Shown: positions 41,108-53,740, counted from the stretch's first letter. The stretch: 64,000 nucleotides of DNA from Devosia sp. (GCF_041917035.1 NZ_JAYRYM010000002.1:7863-71862); one strand, 5' to 3'. Made by a program: numbers and translations. The notes: generated by a model from the letters alone, not told the origin.

Positions 41108-41130
41108 TGCTAGGCAACAAATGCCTAGCA
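41108..41130. promoter_or_regulatory. Perfect 9-bp inverted repeat between aspS and the EAL gene
   Basis: TGCTAGGCA-ACAAA-TGCCTAGCA; operator or RNA hairpin. Confidence 0.4.
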
Positions 41131-41199
41131 GGGCTCGGTTTAAGGGAGTGTCAACGAAATGTCCGCGGCGTGCCGGGATGGGACGGCGCGTCCAGCCCG

Positions 41200-42978
41200 C
41201 TACTTGTCGGCGATGACGCGGATGCTCAGCTCGCGCAGTTGCTTCGGCGACGCCGGACTCGGCGCGCCCATCAGCAGGTCTTCCGCCTGCTGGTTCATCG
41301 GGAACAGCGTGATCTCGCGCAGGTTCTGTGCCCCGCACAGCAGCATCACCACCCGGTCGATGCCGAAGGCGGCGCCACCGTGCGGCGGCGCACCGAACTG
41401 GAACGCCCGGTACATGCCGCCGAACTGCTCGATCACTTCCTCGCGCGACTTGCCGGTGATCTCGAAGGCCCTGACCATGGTTTCGGGCAACTGGTTGCGG
41501 ATCGAGCCCGAGGCGATCTCGAACCCGTTGCACACCGCATCGTACTGGTAGGCCTTGATGGTCAGCGGGTCCTGCGTGTTGAGCGCCTCGATCCCACCCT
41601 GCGGCATCGAGAACGGGTTGTGCGCGAAGTCGACGCGCTTCTCGTCCTCGTTCCACTCGTAGAACGGGAAATCGACGATCCAGCAGAACGCGAAGCGGTC
41701 GAGCTGCGTCAGGTTCAGGTCGAGCCCGACCTTGACCCGCGCCTCGCCGGCGAAGCGGTACATCTTCTCGGGCCGGCCGAGCACGAAGAACACGGCGTCG
41801 CCATCGCCCAGACCGAGCTGGGTACGGATCGCGGCCGTCCGTTCCTCGCCGATGTTCTTGGCGATCGGGCCCGAGCCGGCGCCGTCCTTGAAAAAGATGT
41901 AGCCGAGCCCGGGCTGGCCCTGCCCCTGTGCCCAGGCGTTCATGCGATCGCAGAAGGCGCGGCTGCCGCCGCCCTTGGCGGGGATGGCCCAGACCTCGAC
42001 CTTGTCGTCGGTGGCGATCTGGTTGGCGAACACGCCGAAGCCCGAGCCGCGGAAATGCTCCGTCACGCCCTGCATCTCGATGGGATTGCGCAGGTCGGGC
42101 TTGTCCGAGCCGTACTTGCGTACCGCCTCCTGGTACGGAATGCGCGGCCAGCCCCTCGTCACCGGCTTGCCGTCGCCGAACTCCTCGAACACCGAGGTGA
42201 TCACCGGCTCCATCGTCGCCCAGATCTCTTCCTGGGTGACGAAGCTCATCTCGAGGTCGAGCTGGTAGAACTCGCCCGGCAGGCGGTCGGCGCGCGGATC
42301 CTCGTCGCGGAAGCACGGCGCGATCTGGAAATAGCGGTCGAAGCCGGCCACCATCAGCAGCTGCTTGTACTGCTGCGGCGCCTGCGGCAGCGCGAAGAAC
42401 TTGCCGGCGTGAATCCGGCTCGGCACGAGGAAGTCGCGCGCACCCTCAGGCGAGGAGGCGGTGAGGATCGGGGTCGAGTATTCGGCGAAGCCGATCTCGC
42501 CCATCCGCCGGCGCATCGACGAAATGACCCGGGTGCGCTTGACGATGTTGGCGTGCAGCGTCTCGCGTCTCAGATCGAGGAAGCGGTAGCGCAGGCGGAT
42601 GTCCTCGGGATAGTCCGGCTCCCCGAACACCGGCAGCGGCAGCTCAGTGGCCTCGCTCAGCACCTCGAGCTCGCGGATGAAGACTTCCACCGCGCCGGTC
42701 GGCTGCTTGGCGTTCACCGTCTCGGGGGTCCGCGCCTTCACCTCGCCGTCGACCCGGATCACCCATTCCGAGCGCACGGTCTCGGCCAGCTTGAAGGCGC
42801 TGGAATCGGGATCGACGACCAGCTGGGTCAGCCCGTAGTGGTCGCGCAGGTCGATGAACAGCAGGCCGCCATGGTCGCGCACCCGGTGCACCCAGCCCGA
42901 AAGGCGCACATTATTGCCCACGTCACCGGTCCGGAGGGCGGCACAGGTGTGGGAGCGATAGCGGTGCATCTCGGTCAT
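41200..42978 (-). CDS. aspS: Aspartate--tRNA(Asp/Asn) ligase, probably non-discriminating
   Basis: RSHTC, RDHGG (His typical of non-discriminating enzymes), [25 protein letters not shown]. Confidence 0.97.
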   Translation of the reverse strand: MTEMHRYRSHTCAALRTGDVGNNVRLSGWVHRVRDHGGLLFIDLRDHYGLTQLVVDPDSSAFKLAETVRSEWVIRVDGEVKARTPETVNAKQPTGAVEVFIRELEVLSEATELPLPVFGEPDYPEDIRLRYRFLDLRRETLHANIVKRTRVISSMRRRMGEIGFAEYSTPILTASSPEGARDFLVPSRIHAGKFFALPQAPQQYKQLLMVAGFDRYFQIAPCFRDEDPRADRLPGEFYQLDLEMSFVTQEEIWATMEPVITSVFEEFGDGKPVTRGWPRIPYQEAVRKYGSDKPDLRNPIEMQGVTEHFRGSGFGVFANQIATDDKVEVWAIPAKGGGSRAFCDRMNAWAQGQGQPGLGYIFFKDGAGSGPIAKNIGEERTAAIRTQLGLGDGDAVFFVLGRPEKMYRFAGEARVKVGLDLNLTQLDRFAFCWIVDFPFYEWNEDEKRVDFAHNPFSMPQGGIEALNTQDPLTIKAYQYDAVCNGFEIASGSIRNQLPETMVRAFEITGKSREEVIEQFGGMYRAFQFGAPPHGGAAFGIDRVVMLLCGAQNLREITLFPMNQQAEDLLMGAPSPASPKQLRELSIRVIADK

Positions 42979-43141
42979 TTCGGTTCTCGGAAAGCGGCGG
43001 ATTCAGGCGCGGGACAAGCGCATGCACGCCAGACTTTGTCAAGTTGCCGGGGGCGACCGGCGGGCCCAGCGATTCGCTGCTGGCAGGCCGGGGATTCGCC
43101 TGTTATTCAGATTCCACAGTCTGGTTGGCGAAAGAGTCCTG

Positions 43142-44305
43142 ATGGAACTCATTACCTCGACCGACGTGCTCGCAGCCTTCTGTGTGCGGGCCGCCGGCTA
43201 TGATTTCGTGACGGTCGACACCGAGTTCCTCCGCGAGACCACCTACTGGCCCAAATTGTGCCTGCTGCAGGTCGCCACCCTCGACGAGGCGGTACTGGTC
43301 GATCCCCTGGCGCCGGACCTTGACCTGCAGCCCTTCCTCGAACTGCTCGGCAACGAGACGGTCCGAAAGGTCTTCCATGCCGCGCGGCAGGACATCGAGA
43401 TCTTCGTCAAGCTGACCGGCAAGGTGCCATCGAACATCTTCGACACGCAGATCGCGGCCTCGGTCTGCGGCTTCGGCGACAGCGTCTCCTACGACAACCT
43501 GGTGCGCTCGATCACCGGAGTGGAGCTCGACAAGTCGTCGCGCTTCACCGACTGGGCGGCGCGACCGCTGAGCGAGAAGCAGAAGGTCTATGCGCTCGCC
43601 GACGTCACCCACCTGCGCGACGTCTACGCCTCGTTGCTCAAGCAGGTCGACGACACCGGTCGCTGGGACTGGGTCGAGGACGAACTGGCGGTGCTCGAAT
43701 CCATCCACACCTACGTCGTGCAGCCCGAGCACGCCTGGGAACGGCTGAAGGCCAAGCTCAACAAGCCGCGCGACGTGGCGGCGCTGAAGGCCCTCGCGGC
43801 GTGGCGCGAACGGCGCGCCCAGGACGCGGACCAGCCGCGCAGCCGGGTCCTCAAGGACGACGCCCTGGTCGAACTGGCCATGCAGCGCCCGACCTCCCCC
43901 GAGGCCTTCGACAAGCTGCGGGCCGTTCAGCGCGGCTACGGGCGCTCCTCGGCGGCCGCCGAGATCATTGGCATCCTCAAGGACGTCGAAGCGCTGCCGA
44001 AATCGGACCTGCCCAAACTGCCGGAACGCTATCGCGGCCCCTCCCCCAAGGGAGCCGTCGGCGATCTCATCCGCGTGCTGCTCAAATCCGTCGCCGAGGA
44101 TAACCGCGTCGCCTCGCGCATCATCGCCACGTCCGACGAGATCGACGCCTTGGTGCTCGACGACGACGCCGACGTGCCAGCCCTCAAGGGCTGGCGCCGC
44201 AAGCTGTTCGGCGACAAGGCCCTGGCGCTCAAGCACGGGCGCATCGGCCTCGCCGCCGGCAAGGGCGGCGTGATCGAGATCGAGATCATCGACGACGACG
44301 AGTGA
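43142..44305 (+). CDS. rnd: Ribonuclease D
   Basis: VDTEFLRETTYWPKLCL, HAARQD, FDTQ, TDW..RPL, YALADV, HRDC domain. Confidence 0.95.
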   Translation: MELITSTDVLAAFCVRAAGYDFVTVDTEFLRETTYWPKLCLLQVATLDEAVLVDPLAPDLDLQPFLELLGNETVRKVFHAARQDIEIFVKLTGKVPSNIFDTQIAASVCGFGDSVSYDNLVRSITGVELDKSSRFTDWAARPLSEKQKVYALADVTHLRDVYASLLKQVDDTGRWDWVEDELAVLESIHTYVVQPEHAWERLKAKLNKPRDVAALKALAAWRERRAQDADQPRSRVLKDDALVELAMQRPTSPEAFDKLRAVQRGYGRSSAAAEIIGILKDVEALPKSDLPKLPERYRGPSPKGAVGDLIRVLLKSVAEDNRVASRIIATSDEIDALVLDDDADVPALKGWRRKLFGDKALALKHGRIGLAAGKGGVIEIEIIDDDE

Positions 44306-44465
44306 GAATCGCCCCGCGGGGTCGAGTCGTCCGCTGGACCCATCCGAGGTTCGAACGCAGCCCGTCCCTCGCCCGCCGTGGTCACCCCGTCGAACCGGGG
44401 GACGGGGTCCTCGGGTGGCGAAAGCACCCGCGAAATGCTACATGTCCCGCAGTCGAGGTCCGATC

Positions 44466-44771
44466 ATGCGCGACATCGCCCGCGAAGAACTCATCGCCGA
44501 GTTGCTGCGGCTGAAGCCGGAGCTCGAGAAGGGAGGCGTCAGGCATATGGCGCTGTTCGGCTCGCGGGCACGCCGCGACAACCGCCCCGACAGCGACATC
44601 GACCTGATCGTCGATCTCGATGACAGTCGTGGCCTGTCGCTCCTCGACATCGTCGGCTTTCACGACCTCGTGGAGGACCGCATCGGCCTGCCAGCGCACA
44701 TCACCACGAGAGGCAGCCTCGAGGGCAGGTTCAAGCAAAGGGTCGAACGCGATCAGGTGACCGTATTTTGA
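44466..44771 (+). CDS. MNT antitoxin, module 3
   Basis: LFGSRARRDNRPDSDIDLIVD. Confidence 0.9.
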   Translation: MRDIAREELIAELLRLKPELEKGGVRHMALFGSRARRDNRPDSDIDLIVDLDDSRGLSLLDIVGFHDLVEDRIGLPAHITTRGSLEGRFKQRVERDQVTVF

Positions 44772-45127
44772 GCAGCGACGCAGAACGCGCGCTATGGCGA
44801 CTGGAGCATATCCAGGTAGCCGCCCAGCAGATCAGAACGTTGCTGAAAGACAGGGTGGTCGCCGACCTAGGAACGGATTTCGTCGTTAGGGCCGCCTTTG
44901 AACGCCTGATCGAGATCATAAGCGAAGCATCGCGCCACATCCCCGCCGAATGGAAGGCGCAACACCCCGACGTACCCTGGCAGCAGGTTCACGGTATCGG
45001 GAACATCCTGCGTCACGTCTACCACTCGGTTCAGCCCGACGTGCTCTAGAACATCTACAAGGACGACCTCGGTCCCCTCGAACGCGCCGTCGATGCCATG
45101 ATTGCCGCCTACGGCCCTATCCCGTAA
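44768..45127 (+). pseudogene. HEPN/DUF86 toxin, module 3, with an internal stop
   Basis: EIISEASRH, PWQQVHGIGNILRHVY; TAG at 45047-45049 where Trp is expected; frame continues NIYKDDLGPLERAV to TAA 45127. Confidence 0.8.
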
Positions 45128-46655
45128 CCACGGCCATCGCCTTGATCCCCGCCACGCCGGCCAGCTGGTCGAGGCGACCCCGCAGGTGCTCGCCGTCGAG
45201 GAACGCGAGCTCTGGCGCCAGGTGCAGATGCAGGCTGCCCTTGTCCAGCGCAAAACGGGTCTTCCCCAGCACCCCCGGCATGGCGGCGGACATCGGGTAG
45301 GCCACCCGCAGCGCCGCCCCCAGCAGGCGGGCCCGTTGGCTCGCCGTCGGGCCGGCCAGCGCCAGCACGTCCTGGCTGATGGATTTCTGCTTGAGCCCCA
45401 TGTAGCGCACGGCCAGCACCTCGGCGAGGAAGGCGCGACCAGGGTGGTCGACGCCGGTCATCGAGCCATAGGCCACCATGTCGACGGCCTGTTCGCCGCG
45501 ATAGTCGGGATGGCCGCGCCAGCCGATATCGGCAAGCAGGCAGGCAACCGTGCGCAGCCGGTTTTCCGCCGCCGTCTCGACGATGCCGAGGGCGTGCAGC
45601 AGGCCCGAGGTGAAGGTGACGAGGTCGCTGGCATGCTCGGGCGCGCGCGAGCGCAGCACGTTCATTTCCTCGGCGGCCTGGATGAGCGGATCGAGCCGGC
45701 GTTCCCGCTCGTCCAGCAGCCCGTAGAGGTACCCCTCCCGCACGCCGAGTGCCGAGAACACAACCGAGTCGAAGCGCCCGGCCCGCAGCACCTCGATCAT
45801 CACGGCGGCCCCGTACGGCACAAGGTCGCGCCGTCCGGAACTGGCCACCTCGGCCCCCGGGTACGGCTTGCCGGCGGCATTTGCCGCGACGATGTCCTCG
45901 CACAGCTTGAGGATGTCGGCGGCACGCGCTGAATAGTGCTGCACCATGTGCAACGGGTACCCGCGGAGAATCTGGTGCACCTTCGCCAGCGACCGCCAGG
46001 TGCCGCCGATGGCGCAGAAGACGCCCCCCTGCCCGGTCAACAGTTCCGACCGCTTCAGCCTCTGCCGGGCAACCGCCTGGGCCTTGGACGGGCTGTTCTG
46101 CGAGTCGTCCTGAATGCGGATGACGCCAAGGCCGTGTGTCTCGCCGGTCGAATCGAGTCCCGACCGGATCATCGACAGCTCGAGGCTGCCGCCCCCCAGG
46201 TCGCCGACGAGACCGGCGAAATCCGGCATTCCGGAAATCGCGCCGAGGGCGGCGAAATGCGCCTCCTCCTCGCCGCTCAGGACGTTCACCGGTGCGTTCA
46301 TCAGTTCTTCGACGGCGGTGACGAAGCTGGCCGAGTTGGCGGCCTCGCGCACGGCCGAGGTGGCGAGCACGAAGGTCCTGCCGACCTTCATCAGCCTGCA
46401 CACCAGTGCAAAGCGCTGGATGGCGGTCAGCGCCCGATCGATATTCTCGTAGGCGATCCGGCCGGACTGAGCGAGGCCCCGCCCGAGCGAGCACGCCGAC
46501 TTCTCGTTGTACAGGGCCGTCAGCGAGCGCGCGTGCCGCTCGTAGACGACCAGCCGCACCGAGTTCGAGCCGATGTCGAGCACGGCCACTGGGCGAGCAC
46601 CCTTGATTCGGCCCTGCGCTGTGGGGTCGGCATCAACGCCCCAGTACTGATTCAA
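45117..46655 (-). CDS. ppx: Exopolyphosphatase Ppx/GppA
   Basis: [31 protein letters not shown]; start overlaps the ppk1 stop. Confidence 0.93.
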   Translation of the reverse strand: MNQYWGVDADPTAQGRIKGARPVAVLDIGSNSVRLVVYERHARSLTALYNEKSACSLGRGLAQSGRIAYENIDRALTAIQRFALVCRLMKVGRTFVLATSAVREAANSASFVTAVEELMNAPVNVLSGEEEAHFAALGAISGMPDFAGLVGDLGGGSLELSMIRSGLDSTGETHGLGVIRIQDDSQNSPSKAQAVARQRLKRSELLTGQGGVFCAIGGTWRSLAKVHQILRGYPLHMVQHYSARAADILKLCEDIVAANAAGKPYPGAEVASSGRRDLVPYGAAVMIEVLRAGRFDSVVFSALGVREGYLYGLLDERERRLDPLIQAAEEMNVLRSRAPEHASDLVTFTSGLLHALGIVETAAENRLRTVACLLADIGWRGHPDYRGEQAVDMVAYGSMTGVDHPGRAFLAEVLAVRYMGLKQKSISQDVLALAGPTASQRARLLGAALRVAYPMSAAMPGVLGKTRFALDKGSLHLHLAPELAFLDGEHLRGRLDQLAGVAGIKAMAVVTG

Positions 46656-48820
46656 TCGTCGCTGTCCTCGCTGTCGCGCTTGGAGGCGCTGCCGCGGCCC
46701 GAGAGGCTCGCATTCGTCATGAAGTACTCGTGCGCGCTGAACGGCTCATCGCCCTCCTGCAGCCGCACGCGGTCCGAACTGCCATCAGGCAATACCTCCC
46801 AGCTCTGCTGGTTGTCCTTGAGGTAGGTCACCATCATCCGGTCGAGAATCTGCTTATGCACCGTCTTGTTGAGGATGGGAACCATCACCTCGACACGCCA
46901 GTCGAGGTTGCGCTGCATGACGTCGGCCGAGCTCATGTAGACCTTGGCCTTGCGCGAGGGCATCGGTTCGCCCTGCCCGAAGCAGAAGATGCGGGAGTGC
47001 TCGAGGAAGCGCCCGACTACCGACTTGACCCGGATATTGTCGGAGAATCCGGGGATGCCGGGCCTCAGGCAGCAGATGCCGCGCACGATCAGTTCGATCT
47101 TCACGCCCTTCTGGCTGGCATCGTAGAGCGCGTCGATGATCTCCGGATCGACCAGCGCGTTCATCTTCAGCCAGATGGTCGCCGGCTCGCCGCGTTCGGC
47201 GTGGCCTACCTCGCGGGCGATGCAGTCGAGCAGCGTCTGGCGCAGCGTCACCGGGGAGAAGGCGATCGCCTCCATCTCGGCCGGCCGGGCATAGCCGGTG
47301 ATGAAGTTGAAGACGCGGCTCACGTCGCGCGTGATCGAGGGCTCGGTGGTGAAGTAGCTGAGGTCGGTGTAGATCTTGGCGGTGATCGGGTGGTAGTTGC
47401 CGGTCCCCAGATGGCAGTAGCTGACCAGCTTGCCCGCCTCTCGCCGCACCACCTGGCTCATCTTGGCGTGGGTCTTCAGCTCGATGAAGCCGAACACCAC
47501 CTGGGCCCCGGCGCGCTCGAGATCGCGGGCCCAGCGGATATTGGCCTCCTCATCGAAGCGCGCCTTGAGCTCCACCAGGGCCGTCACCGACTTGCCGGCC
47601 TCCGCCGCCTGCACCAGCGCCTTGACGATCGGGCTGTCGCGCGAGGTGCGGTAGAGCGTCTGCTTGATCGCCACCACGTCGGGGTCGCGGGCCGCCTGCA
47701 TGAGGAACTGCGCCACCACGTCGAAGCTCTCGAACGGATGGTGGACCAGGAGGTCCTTGGCGCGGATCGCCGCGAAGATGTCGCCGTTATAGTCCCGTAT
47801 CCGCTCCGGATAGCGCGGCAGGTAGGGCGAGAACTTCAGGTCGGGCCGGTTGATCTCGCAGATCTTCGAGGCATCGGCCAGCCCGAGAAAGCCTTCCACC
47901 TCGAACGTATCGGTGGACTCCACCCCAAGCCGCTCGGAGATGTGGCGCCGCAGCGCCCGCGGCATCTTCTTTTCGATCTCGAGGCGGATCACCTGCCCGC
48001 GACGCCGCTGCCGCAGCGCCGACTCGAACTCCACCACCAGGTCGGCGGCCTCGTCGTCGATTTCGATCTCGGTATCGCGGATGATCCGGAAGGCCCCCGA
48101 CCCGGTCACCTCGTAGCCGGGGAACATCTTGGTGATGAACAGGTTGATCATCGTGTCGACGGTCACCACCTCGACCCGGTTCTCCTGCGTGAGCTCGTTG
48201 GGCAGGGTGACGAAGCGATCGAGGTTGGCGGGAACGCGCACCAGCGCGGTGAGCGTCTGCGTCGTGCCCGGCCGCGCCATCTCGAAGGCGAGCGTGAAGC
48301 CCAGGTTCGGAATGAACGGGAACGGGTGCGCCGGGTCCACCGCGATCGGCGTGAGCACCGGGAAGACCTCCTCCCGGTAGAGCTTCTGCAGGTACTGAAC
48401 CTGATCGGCGCTGAGGTCGTTCGCCTCGTGGATCACCACGTCCTTGGCAAAGAGCTCCTCGCGCAGCTGCTGCCAGTGATCCTGCTGTTCGAGATGCAGG
48501 TGCTGGGCGAGGTTGGCGATCTCCTCGAGCTGCTCTGCCGGGGTCAGCCCGTCGGCGCTCTGCTTCATCATGCCGGCGCGCAGCTGGCCCTTCAGGCCGG
48601 CCACGCGAACCATGAAGAACTCGTCGAGATTGTTCGCCGAGATCGAGACGAAGCGCAGCCGCTCGAGCAGCGGATGGTTGGTGTTTCCGGCCTCCTCCAG
48701 CACGCGCATGTTGAACTGCAGCCAACTCACTTCGCGGTTGACGAAGCGCGCCGGGCTGTGGCGCAGCTCCGTCGCGTCGGGGGCGTCGGCGGGCTCGGCG
48801 ATTTCGCTAATCTCGTTCAT
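46652..48820 (-). CDS. ppk1: Polyphosphate kinase 1
   Basis: [35 protein letters not shown]. Confidence 0.97.
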   Translation of the reverse strand: MNEISEIAEPADAPDATELRHSPARFVNREVSWLQFNMRVLEEAGNTNHPLLERLRFVSISANNLDEFFMVRVAGLKGQLRAGMMKQSADGLTPAEQLEEIANLAQHLHLEQQDHWQQLREELFAKDVVIHEANDLSADQVQYLQKLYREEVFPVLTPIAVDPAHPFPFIPNLGFTLAFEMARPGTTQTLTALVRVPANLDRFVTLPNELTQENRVEVVTVDTMINLFITKMFPGYEVTGSGAFRIIRDTEIEIDDEAADLVVEFESALRQRRRGQVIRLEIEKKMPRALRRHISERLGVESTDTFEVEGFLGLADASKICEINRPDLKFSPYLPRYPERIRDYNGDIFAAIRAKDLLVHHPFESFDVVAQFLMQAARDPDVVAIKQTLYRTSRDSPIVKALVQAAEAGKSVTALVELKARFDEEANIRWARDLERAGAQVVFGFIELKTHAKMSQVVRREAGKLVSYCHLGTGNYHPITAKIYTDLSYFTTEPSITRDVSRVFNFITGYARPAEMEAIAFSPVTLRQTLLDCIAREVGHAERGEPATIWLKMNALVDPEIIDALYDASQKGVKIELIVRGICCLRPGIPGFSDNIRVKSVVGRFLEHSRIFCFGQGEPMPSRKAKVYMSSADVMQRNLDWRVEVMVPILNKTVHKQILDRMMVTYLKDNQQSWEVLPDGSSDRVRLQEGDEPFSAHEYFMTNASLSGRGSASKRDSEDSDD

Positions 48821-49559
48821 CTTCTTCTGCCTCGTCGGCGAGTTCGAGTTCCATCTGGGCGTCGTCGCGCCCGACGCCGCGCTGCCTCAGCACCTCGGCC
48901 GCGATGCTTCTGGTTATGGCCGTTCCGCGCTCCAGCGCCATGCGATCCATCAACTGCGTCAGCGCAACCGCTTCCTCCGGGGAGCGTTCCATGCGCGCCA
49001 CGATGAAGGCAATGAGCCTGGGTTCCACCGCAACCTGCCGGTCGCCAAACAACTTCACGAACATCTGTGACAACTGGATGTCGTCGCTCACCGCCACGTC
49101 GAAGCGCGCCGCGAGTCGGGCCCGCGACTTCAGATCATCGGTCGCGAACGGCCAGCTGGCAACGGGAATGCGGGCGGTCAGCAGGGTCGGCCGCCCGTCA
49201 CGCATCGACTGGTTGATGAGGTGGAAGAGCGCCGTCTCCTCATAGCCGGCCCGATCCGCGTCCTCGACCACCAGCGGCCGCTCGCCCCCACTGCGCGACA
49301 GCTCGTCGACGGTACCGGGCATCACGTAGGTGGCGCCGGCGCGCTCCGCCCAGACGCGGGCGAGGTGCGACTTGCCCGAACTGGCCGGCCCTTCGAGCAG
49401 CGTCAGGGGGCCCGGCCAGTCGGGATAGGACAGGATGTGCGCATGCGCCATCCGGTTCCCGTCACCGACGATGAAGTCATCCTCGGCGTGCGATGGTCGG
49501 TGCCCGAGGTCCAGCGCCAGCTGACCCGGCCGATGCTGCGGCGAGTCCGGCTGGGTCAT
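48807..49559 (-). CDS. hdaA: DnaA regulatory inactivator HdaA
   Basis: N-terminal beta-clamp motif QLALDL, Walker [16 protein letters not shown]; conserved perM-hdaA-ppk order. Confidence 0.85.
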   Translation of the reverse strand: MTQPDSPQHRPGQLALDLGHRPSHAEDDFIVGDGNRMAHAHILSYPDWPGPLTLLEGPASSGKSHLARVWAERAGATYVMPGTVDELSRSGGERPLVVEDADRAGYEETALFHLINQSMRDGRPTLLTARIPVASWPFATDDLKSRARLAARFDVAVSDDIQLSQMFVKLFGDRQVAVEPRLIAFIVARMERSPEEAVALTQLMDRMALERGTAITRSIAAEVLRQRGVGRDDAQMELELADEAEEDERD

Positions 49560-50695
49560 GTCGCCTTGGTGGTGCGCCGCTTCGACGCGGGCGCGGTCCC
49601 CGCGGGGGGCGGTGCCGACGGCGGCGCGGGCTCGTCCAGTCCGAGGTAGAGACTCGAGCCCTGGTAGCGGTGCAGGGCGTAGCGCGTCAGCACCCCGGTG
49701 ATCGCCGCCAGCGGCACCGCCAGCAGCAGGCCCACGAAGCCGAACAGCAGCGCGAAGGCGAACAGCGCGAACATCAGCCACACCGGGTTGATGTTGATGC
49801 TCTGCCCGACCAGCTTGGGATAGAGGATATTGGCCTCGAGGAACTGCCCCACCAGGTAGATCGCCAGGATGATCAGCACGAAGACCCACTGGTCCGGCCA
49901 GAACTGCACCAGCGCCACCGTCATCGAGAGCGCAAAGCCGGTGAGGAAGCCGACATAGGGTACAAAGCTGAGCAGCCCCCCGATCAGGCCGATGGCGAGA
50001 CCGAAATTGAGCCCGGCAAGCGTCAGTGCCGTCGCGTAGTAGACGCACAGGACGAGGATCACGCCGCCCTGCCCGCGGATGACGCCGGCCATGGCGCGAT
50101 CGATGTCGCCGAGGATGCCGCGGATCTCGGCCTGATGCTGGCGCGGCAGTAACTGGTCCGCCTTGGCCATCATCCCCTCCCAGTCGACCAAGAGGTAGTA
50201 GGCGACCACGGGGGTGATGAACAGCACGGCGATGGTGTTGAGCACGGTCAGCCCGCTCTGCGCCAGCGTCGCCGTCACGAGGCCGGCGAACTCGACTCCG
50301 CGCCCGATCAGGTCGGCGAGACTGCCCTCGAGCTGCGCCGCCCGCTCCGGTCCCAGCCACTCGTTGAGCTGCGGCGCCCAGGTCTGAAGCAGGGCCTGCA
50401 GGTCCCCCACATAGCTGGGCAGTCGGCCGACGAGGTCGGCCACCTGCTGCGCCACCAGCGGCACCAGCGAGAGGAGCAGGCCGGCAATCACGGCGATCAT
50501 CAGCGCCAGCACGATCATCGAGCCCCAGGTGCGCCCGACGTGCCATCTCTGCAGCCAGTTGACCACCGGGTTCAGCAGATAGGCGAGCGCCAGCCCGACA
50601 ACGAAGGGCAGCAGGATGGAGCGGAACACCCACAGCAGCAGAATGGCGGCCAGGAACAGGCCGACCCACACCAGCACCTGATTGCGAAGCGTCAT
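49556..50695 (-). CDS. AI-2E family transporter (PerM-like)
   Basis: Polytopic; LLPF..G..LAYLLNP, SFVPYVG, GLLLAVP; divergent from purM. Confidence 0.9.
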   Translation of the reverse strand: MTLRNQVLVWVGLFLAAILLLWVFRSILLPFVVGLALAYLLNPVVNWLQRWHVGRTWGSMIVLALMIAVIAGLLLSLVPLVAQQVADLVGRLPSYVGDLQALLQTWAPQLNEWLGPERAAQLEGSLADLIGRGVEFAGLVTATLAQSGLTVLNTIAVLFITPVVAYYLLVDWEGMMAKADQLLPRQHQAEIRGILGDIDRAMAGVIRGQGGVILVLCVYYATALTLAGLNFGLAIGLIGGLLSFVPYVGFLTGFALSMTVALVQFWPDQWVFVLIILAIYLVGQFLEANILYPKLVGQSININPVWLMFALFAFALLFGFVGLLLAVPLAAITGVLTRYALHRYQGSSLYLGLDEPAPPSAPPPAGTAPASKRRTTKAT

Positions 50696-50778
50696 CGAGA
50701 GGGCATCTCTTGCGTGAGTGGGGTGGAGCGGCTATCAGCGCACCAGTTCTGCGGCCCAGGGAAGTCCGGCTCAAGCCC

Positions 50779-51855
50779 ATGTCCGACGCACAAAACCTGC
50801 CATCAAACGGTCTCTCGTACAAGCAGGCTGGTGTCGACATCGATGCTGGCAATGCCCTCGTTGAGGCCATCAAGCCCGCGGTCCGCTCCACCCGGCGGCC
50901 CGGCGCGGACGCCGAGATCGGCGGTTTCGGGGGCCTGTTCGACCTGAAGGCAGCCGGTTTTGTCGATCCGATCCTCGTCGCGGCCAATGACGGTGTCGGG
51001 ACCAAGCTCAAGATCGCCATCGACACCGGCAACCACGCGACGATCGGCCAGGACCTCGTGGCCATGTGCGTCAACGACATCGTCGTGCAGGGCGCCGAGC
51101 CGCTGTTCTTCCTCGACTACTTCGCCACAGGCCGGCTCGACGTGGCGGCCGGAACCGCCATCGTCGAAGGCATCGCCGAGGGGTGCCGGATTGCCGGATG
51201 TGCGCTGATCGGCGGCGAGACCGCCGAGATGCCGGGCATGTACTCGGGCAAGGACTACGATCTCGCCGGCTTCGCCGTCGGCGCCGCCGAGCGCGGCACG
51301 CTCTTGCCGCGCGGCGACCTCGCCGCCGGCGATGTGCTCGTCGCCATCGCCTCCTCCGGCGTCCACTCCAACGGCTACTCGCTGGTGCGCAAGATCGTCG
51401 AGATCGCCGGGATCGACTGGTACCTGCCGGCTCCGTTCGACCCGCGCAGGACGCTCGCCGAGGCGCTCCTCACGCCGACCCGCATCTACGTGAAGCCTCT
51501 GCTCTCCGCCCTCAGGGCCGGCATCGGCATCAAGGCGCTCGCCCACATCACCGGCGGCGGCTTCATCGACAACATCCCCCGCGTGCTGCCGGCGACGCTG
51601 GCCGCGCATGTCGAGCTGTCGCGCGTCACCGTGCCGGGGGTGTTTGCCTGGCTCGCGCGTGTGGGCGGCATGAACCAGCGCGAGATGCTGCGAACCTTCA
51701 ACTGCGGCGTGGGCATGCTGTGCGCCGTCGCCAGGCAGGACGCCGAGCGCCTCGTCGCGCACCTCGCCGCCGCCGGCGAGACCGCCGCGGTAGTGGGCGA
51801 ACTGCGGGAGCGGACGGGCGAAGCGGTCACCTTCAGCGGCAGTCTGGCGCTGTGA
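50779..51855 (+). CDS. purM: Phosphoribosylformylglycinamidine cyclo-ligase
   Basis: [35 protein letters not shown]. Confidence 0.98.
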   Translation: MSDAQNLPSNGLSYKQAGVDIDAGNALVEAIKPAVRSTRRPGADAEIGGFGGLFDLKAAGFVDPILVAANDGVGTKLKIAIDTGNHATIGQDLVAMCVNDIVVQGAEPLFFLDYFATGRLDVAAGTAIVEGIAEGCRIAGCALIGGETAEMPGMYSGKDYDLAGFAVGAAERGTLLPRGDLAAGDVLVAIASSGVHSNGYSLVRKIVEIAGIDWYLPAPFDPRRTLAEALLTPTRIYVKPLLSALRAGIGIKALAHITGGGFIDNIPRVLPATLAAHVELSRVTVPGVFAWLARVGGMNQREMLRTFNCGVGMLCAVARQDAERLVAHLAAAGETAAVVGELRERTGEAVTFSGSLAL

Positions 51856-52439
51856 AGAAGCGCGTCGCCATCCTCATATCCGGCCGCGGCTCCAATATGG
51901 CCGCGCTGATCGAAGCGGCGCGCGACCCCGCCTACCCGGCACAGATCGTCGGCGTCTTCTCCAACGTCCCCGATGCCCCGGGCCTCGCCACGGCGGCCAG
52001 CTACGGCATTCCGACGGCGTGGCGCTGGCACAAGGACTATCCGAGCCGCATCGGCTTCGAACTCGCCATCGGCGACGTGCTCAAGCTCTGGCGGCCGGAC
52101 TTCATTGCGCTGGCCGGTTTCATGCGGATGCTGACGCCCGAGTTTGCGCGCAAATGGCAGGGCCGCATGATCAATATCCACCCCTCGCTGCTTCCCGCGT
52201 TCCCCGGCCTGCACACGCACGAGCAGGCGCTGGCGGCCGGGGTCGCAGAACATGGCTGCACCGTCCACTTCGTCACTGCGGGCATGGATGAGGGACCGAC
52301 CATCCTGCAGGCCAGAGTCCCGGTCGAGCCGGGCGACACCGCCGCGACGCTGGCCGCGCGCGTTCTCACCGAGGAGCACCGGATCTACCCGCAGGCCCTC
52401 GCCATGCTGGCCCGTGGAGAGGCCACCTTTCCGGCCTGA
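51852..52439 (+). CDS. purN: Phosphoribosylglycinamide formyltransferase
   Basis: [32 protein letters not shown]; GTGA overlap. Confidence 0.97.
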   Translation: MKKRVAILISGRGSNMAALIEAARDPAYPAQIVGVFSNVPDAPGLATAASYGIPTAWRWHKDYPSRIGFELAIGDVLKLWRPDFIALAGFMRMLTPEFARKWQGRMINIHPSLLPAFPGLHTHEQALAAGVAEHGCTVHFVTAGMDEGPTILQARVPVEPGDTAATLAARVLTEEHRIYPQALAMLARGEATFPA

Positions 52440-52440
52440 G

Positions 52441-53496
52441 TCAGTCCGCGATCATCCAGCGATTGCGGCCGGCGTGCTTGGCCCGGTAGAGCGCCGTGTC
52501 GGCACGCTCGAACAGGCTGGTGAAGCTGTCAGCCGGACGGAACACCGCCAGCCCCAGCGACACGGTGACGTTGCCCACTATCGCGTCGCCCATGCACCGG
52601 GCGAGGTCAATGTCGGCGACGGACCGGCGCAGCCGCTCCGCCGTCCCCTCGAGCTTGGCGCCGTGGGTGTCGTGGACGATCACCACGTACTCATCGCCGC
52701 CGAAGCGGAACACCCTCTCGCCCGCCCGCACCGACGACGTCAGAGCCCGCCCGACCTCGCGCAGCAGGCGGTCTCCCGCCTGATGGCCATAGCTGTCATT
52801 GAGCACCTTGAACCGGTCGATATCGACCAGGATGAGGGTCAGGCTGGCGCCTCCCCGGCGCGCCTTGTCGACAGTCGTCAGCAGTTCGTCCTCGGCGCCG
52901 AGCCGGTTCGGCAGTCCGGTCACTGCGTCGAGTTGTGAGTCGCGGGCCGCCTGCGCCAGTTGCTCCCGCGTTGCCGCCAGCTCCGCCTGGGCCGCCGACA
53001 GGGCCGATCGCAGCAACCCCTTGGCGCGGATGAGCGCATCATGCTGTGCCGCAGCAGTCCGCACGACGCTGCGCAGCGCGTCCCGGCCGGCGCCGGAGTC
53101 GCGCAACGCCTGTTGCGTGGCGAGCAGCGCCTCACGGTGTTCGCTGGCCGACGCGCTGGCGCTGTCGAGGCTGTTCCCCAGCCGGTCCAGTTGCATGGCC
53201 AGTTCGGCGGCAAGCCTGAGGGTGGTGTCGGTCGCCCCGTCCCAGGGCGTGGCGTCCCGAAGCGCTTCGCCCAGCGGACGGCCGCTCCGCTCGCTCTGCC
53301 GCACAGCGCCGTCGACGATCGCACTCGTCACCGGGCTCGCGCCCAGCGAATGCTCGAACAGCAGCCCGTATACCGGCGGGGTCGGAGGGATCATCTCCCG
53401 CTCGAGGAGACCCATCACCTCGGCGGAAATGCTCTGCGCCATCGCCAATGTGGCATCGGGTGGTCCCGGCGTCCGGGTCGCGACAGGGGCAGGCAC
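52441..53496 (-). CDS. Diguanylate cyclase (GGDEF) with coiled-coil N-terminus
   Basis: DAVTGLPNR, DIDRFK..ND.YGH..GD, RFGGDEY; GTG start with GGGAGG RBS. Confidence 0.9.
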   Translation of the reverse strand: MPAPVATRTPGPPDATLAMAQSISAEVMGLLEREMIPPTPPVYGLLFEHSLGASPVTSAIVDGAVRQSERSGRPLGEALRDATPWDGATDTTLRLAAELAMQLDRLGNSLDSASASASEHREALLATQQALRDSGAGRDALRSVVRTAAAQHDALIRAKGLLRSALSAAQAELAATREQLAQAARDSQLDAVTGLPNRLGAEDELLTTVDKARRGGASLTLILVDIDRFKVLNDSYGHQAGDRLLREVGRALTSSVRAGERVFRFGGDEYVVIVHDTHGAKLEGTAERLRRSVADIDLARCMGDAIVGNVTVSLGLAVFRPADSFTSLFERADTALYRAKHAGRNRWMIAD

Positions 53497-53740
53497 GTCG
53501 CTCGCCTCCCTGGCGAAATTCTCGACCCGCGTATACTGCCTCAACTTGGTTAATGGACCACCAAGCCCGCTGCTAAGTGCGCACTCTGTCAACGCCTTTC
53601 CGGTTTCGCAGCCGACGGGGGAGGTCGATTCACGACGCGTTAAGTCCCAAACCGTACCTTGCATTCATCCAGAAAGTCATTTTCAGCAAGAAGATTAGTA
53701 GTTGCCCCATCTTGGCATACCCGCGCTGGCCGATGCTGCA

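Noticed and set aside
44348-44355. tRNA T-loop-like GGTTCGAA next to MNT-HEPN module 3
   Set aside because: No cloverleaf, acceptor stem or CCA can be built around it
53500-53740. c-di-GMP riboswitch between the GGDEF and HD-GYP genes
   Set aside because: No recognisable class I or class II consensus; only isolated GAAA motifs
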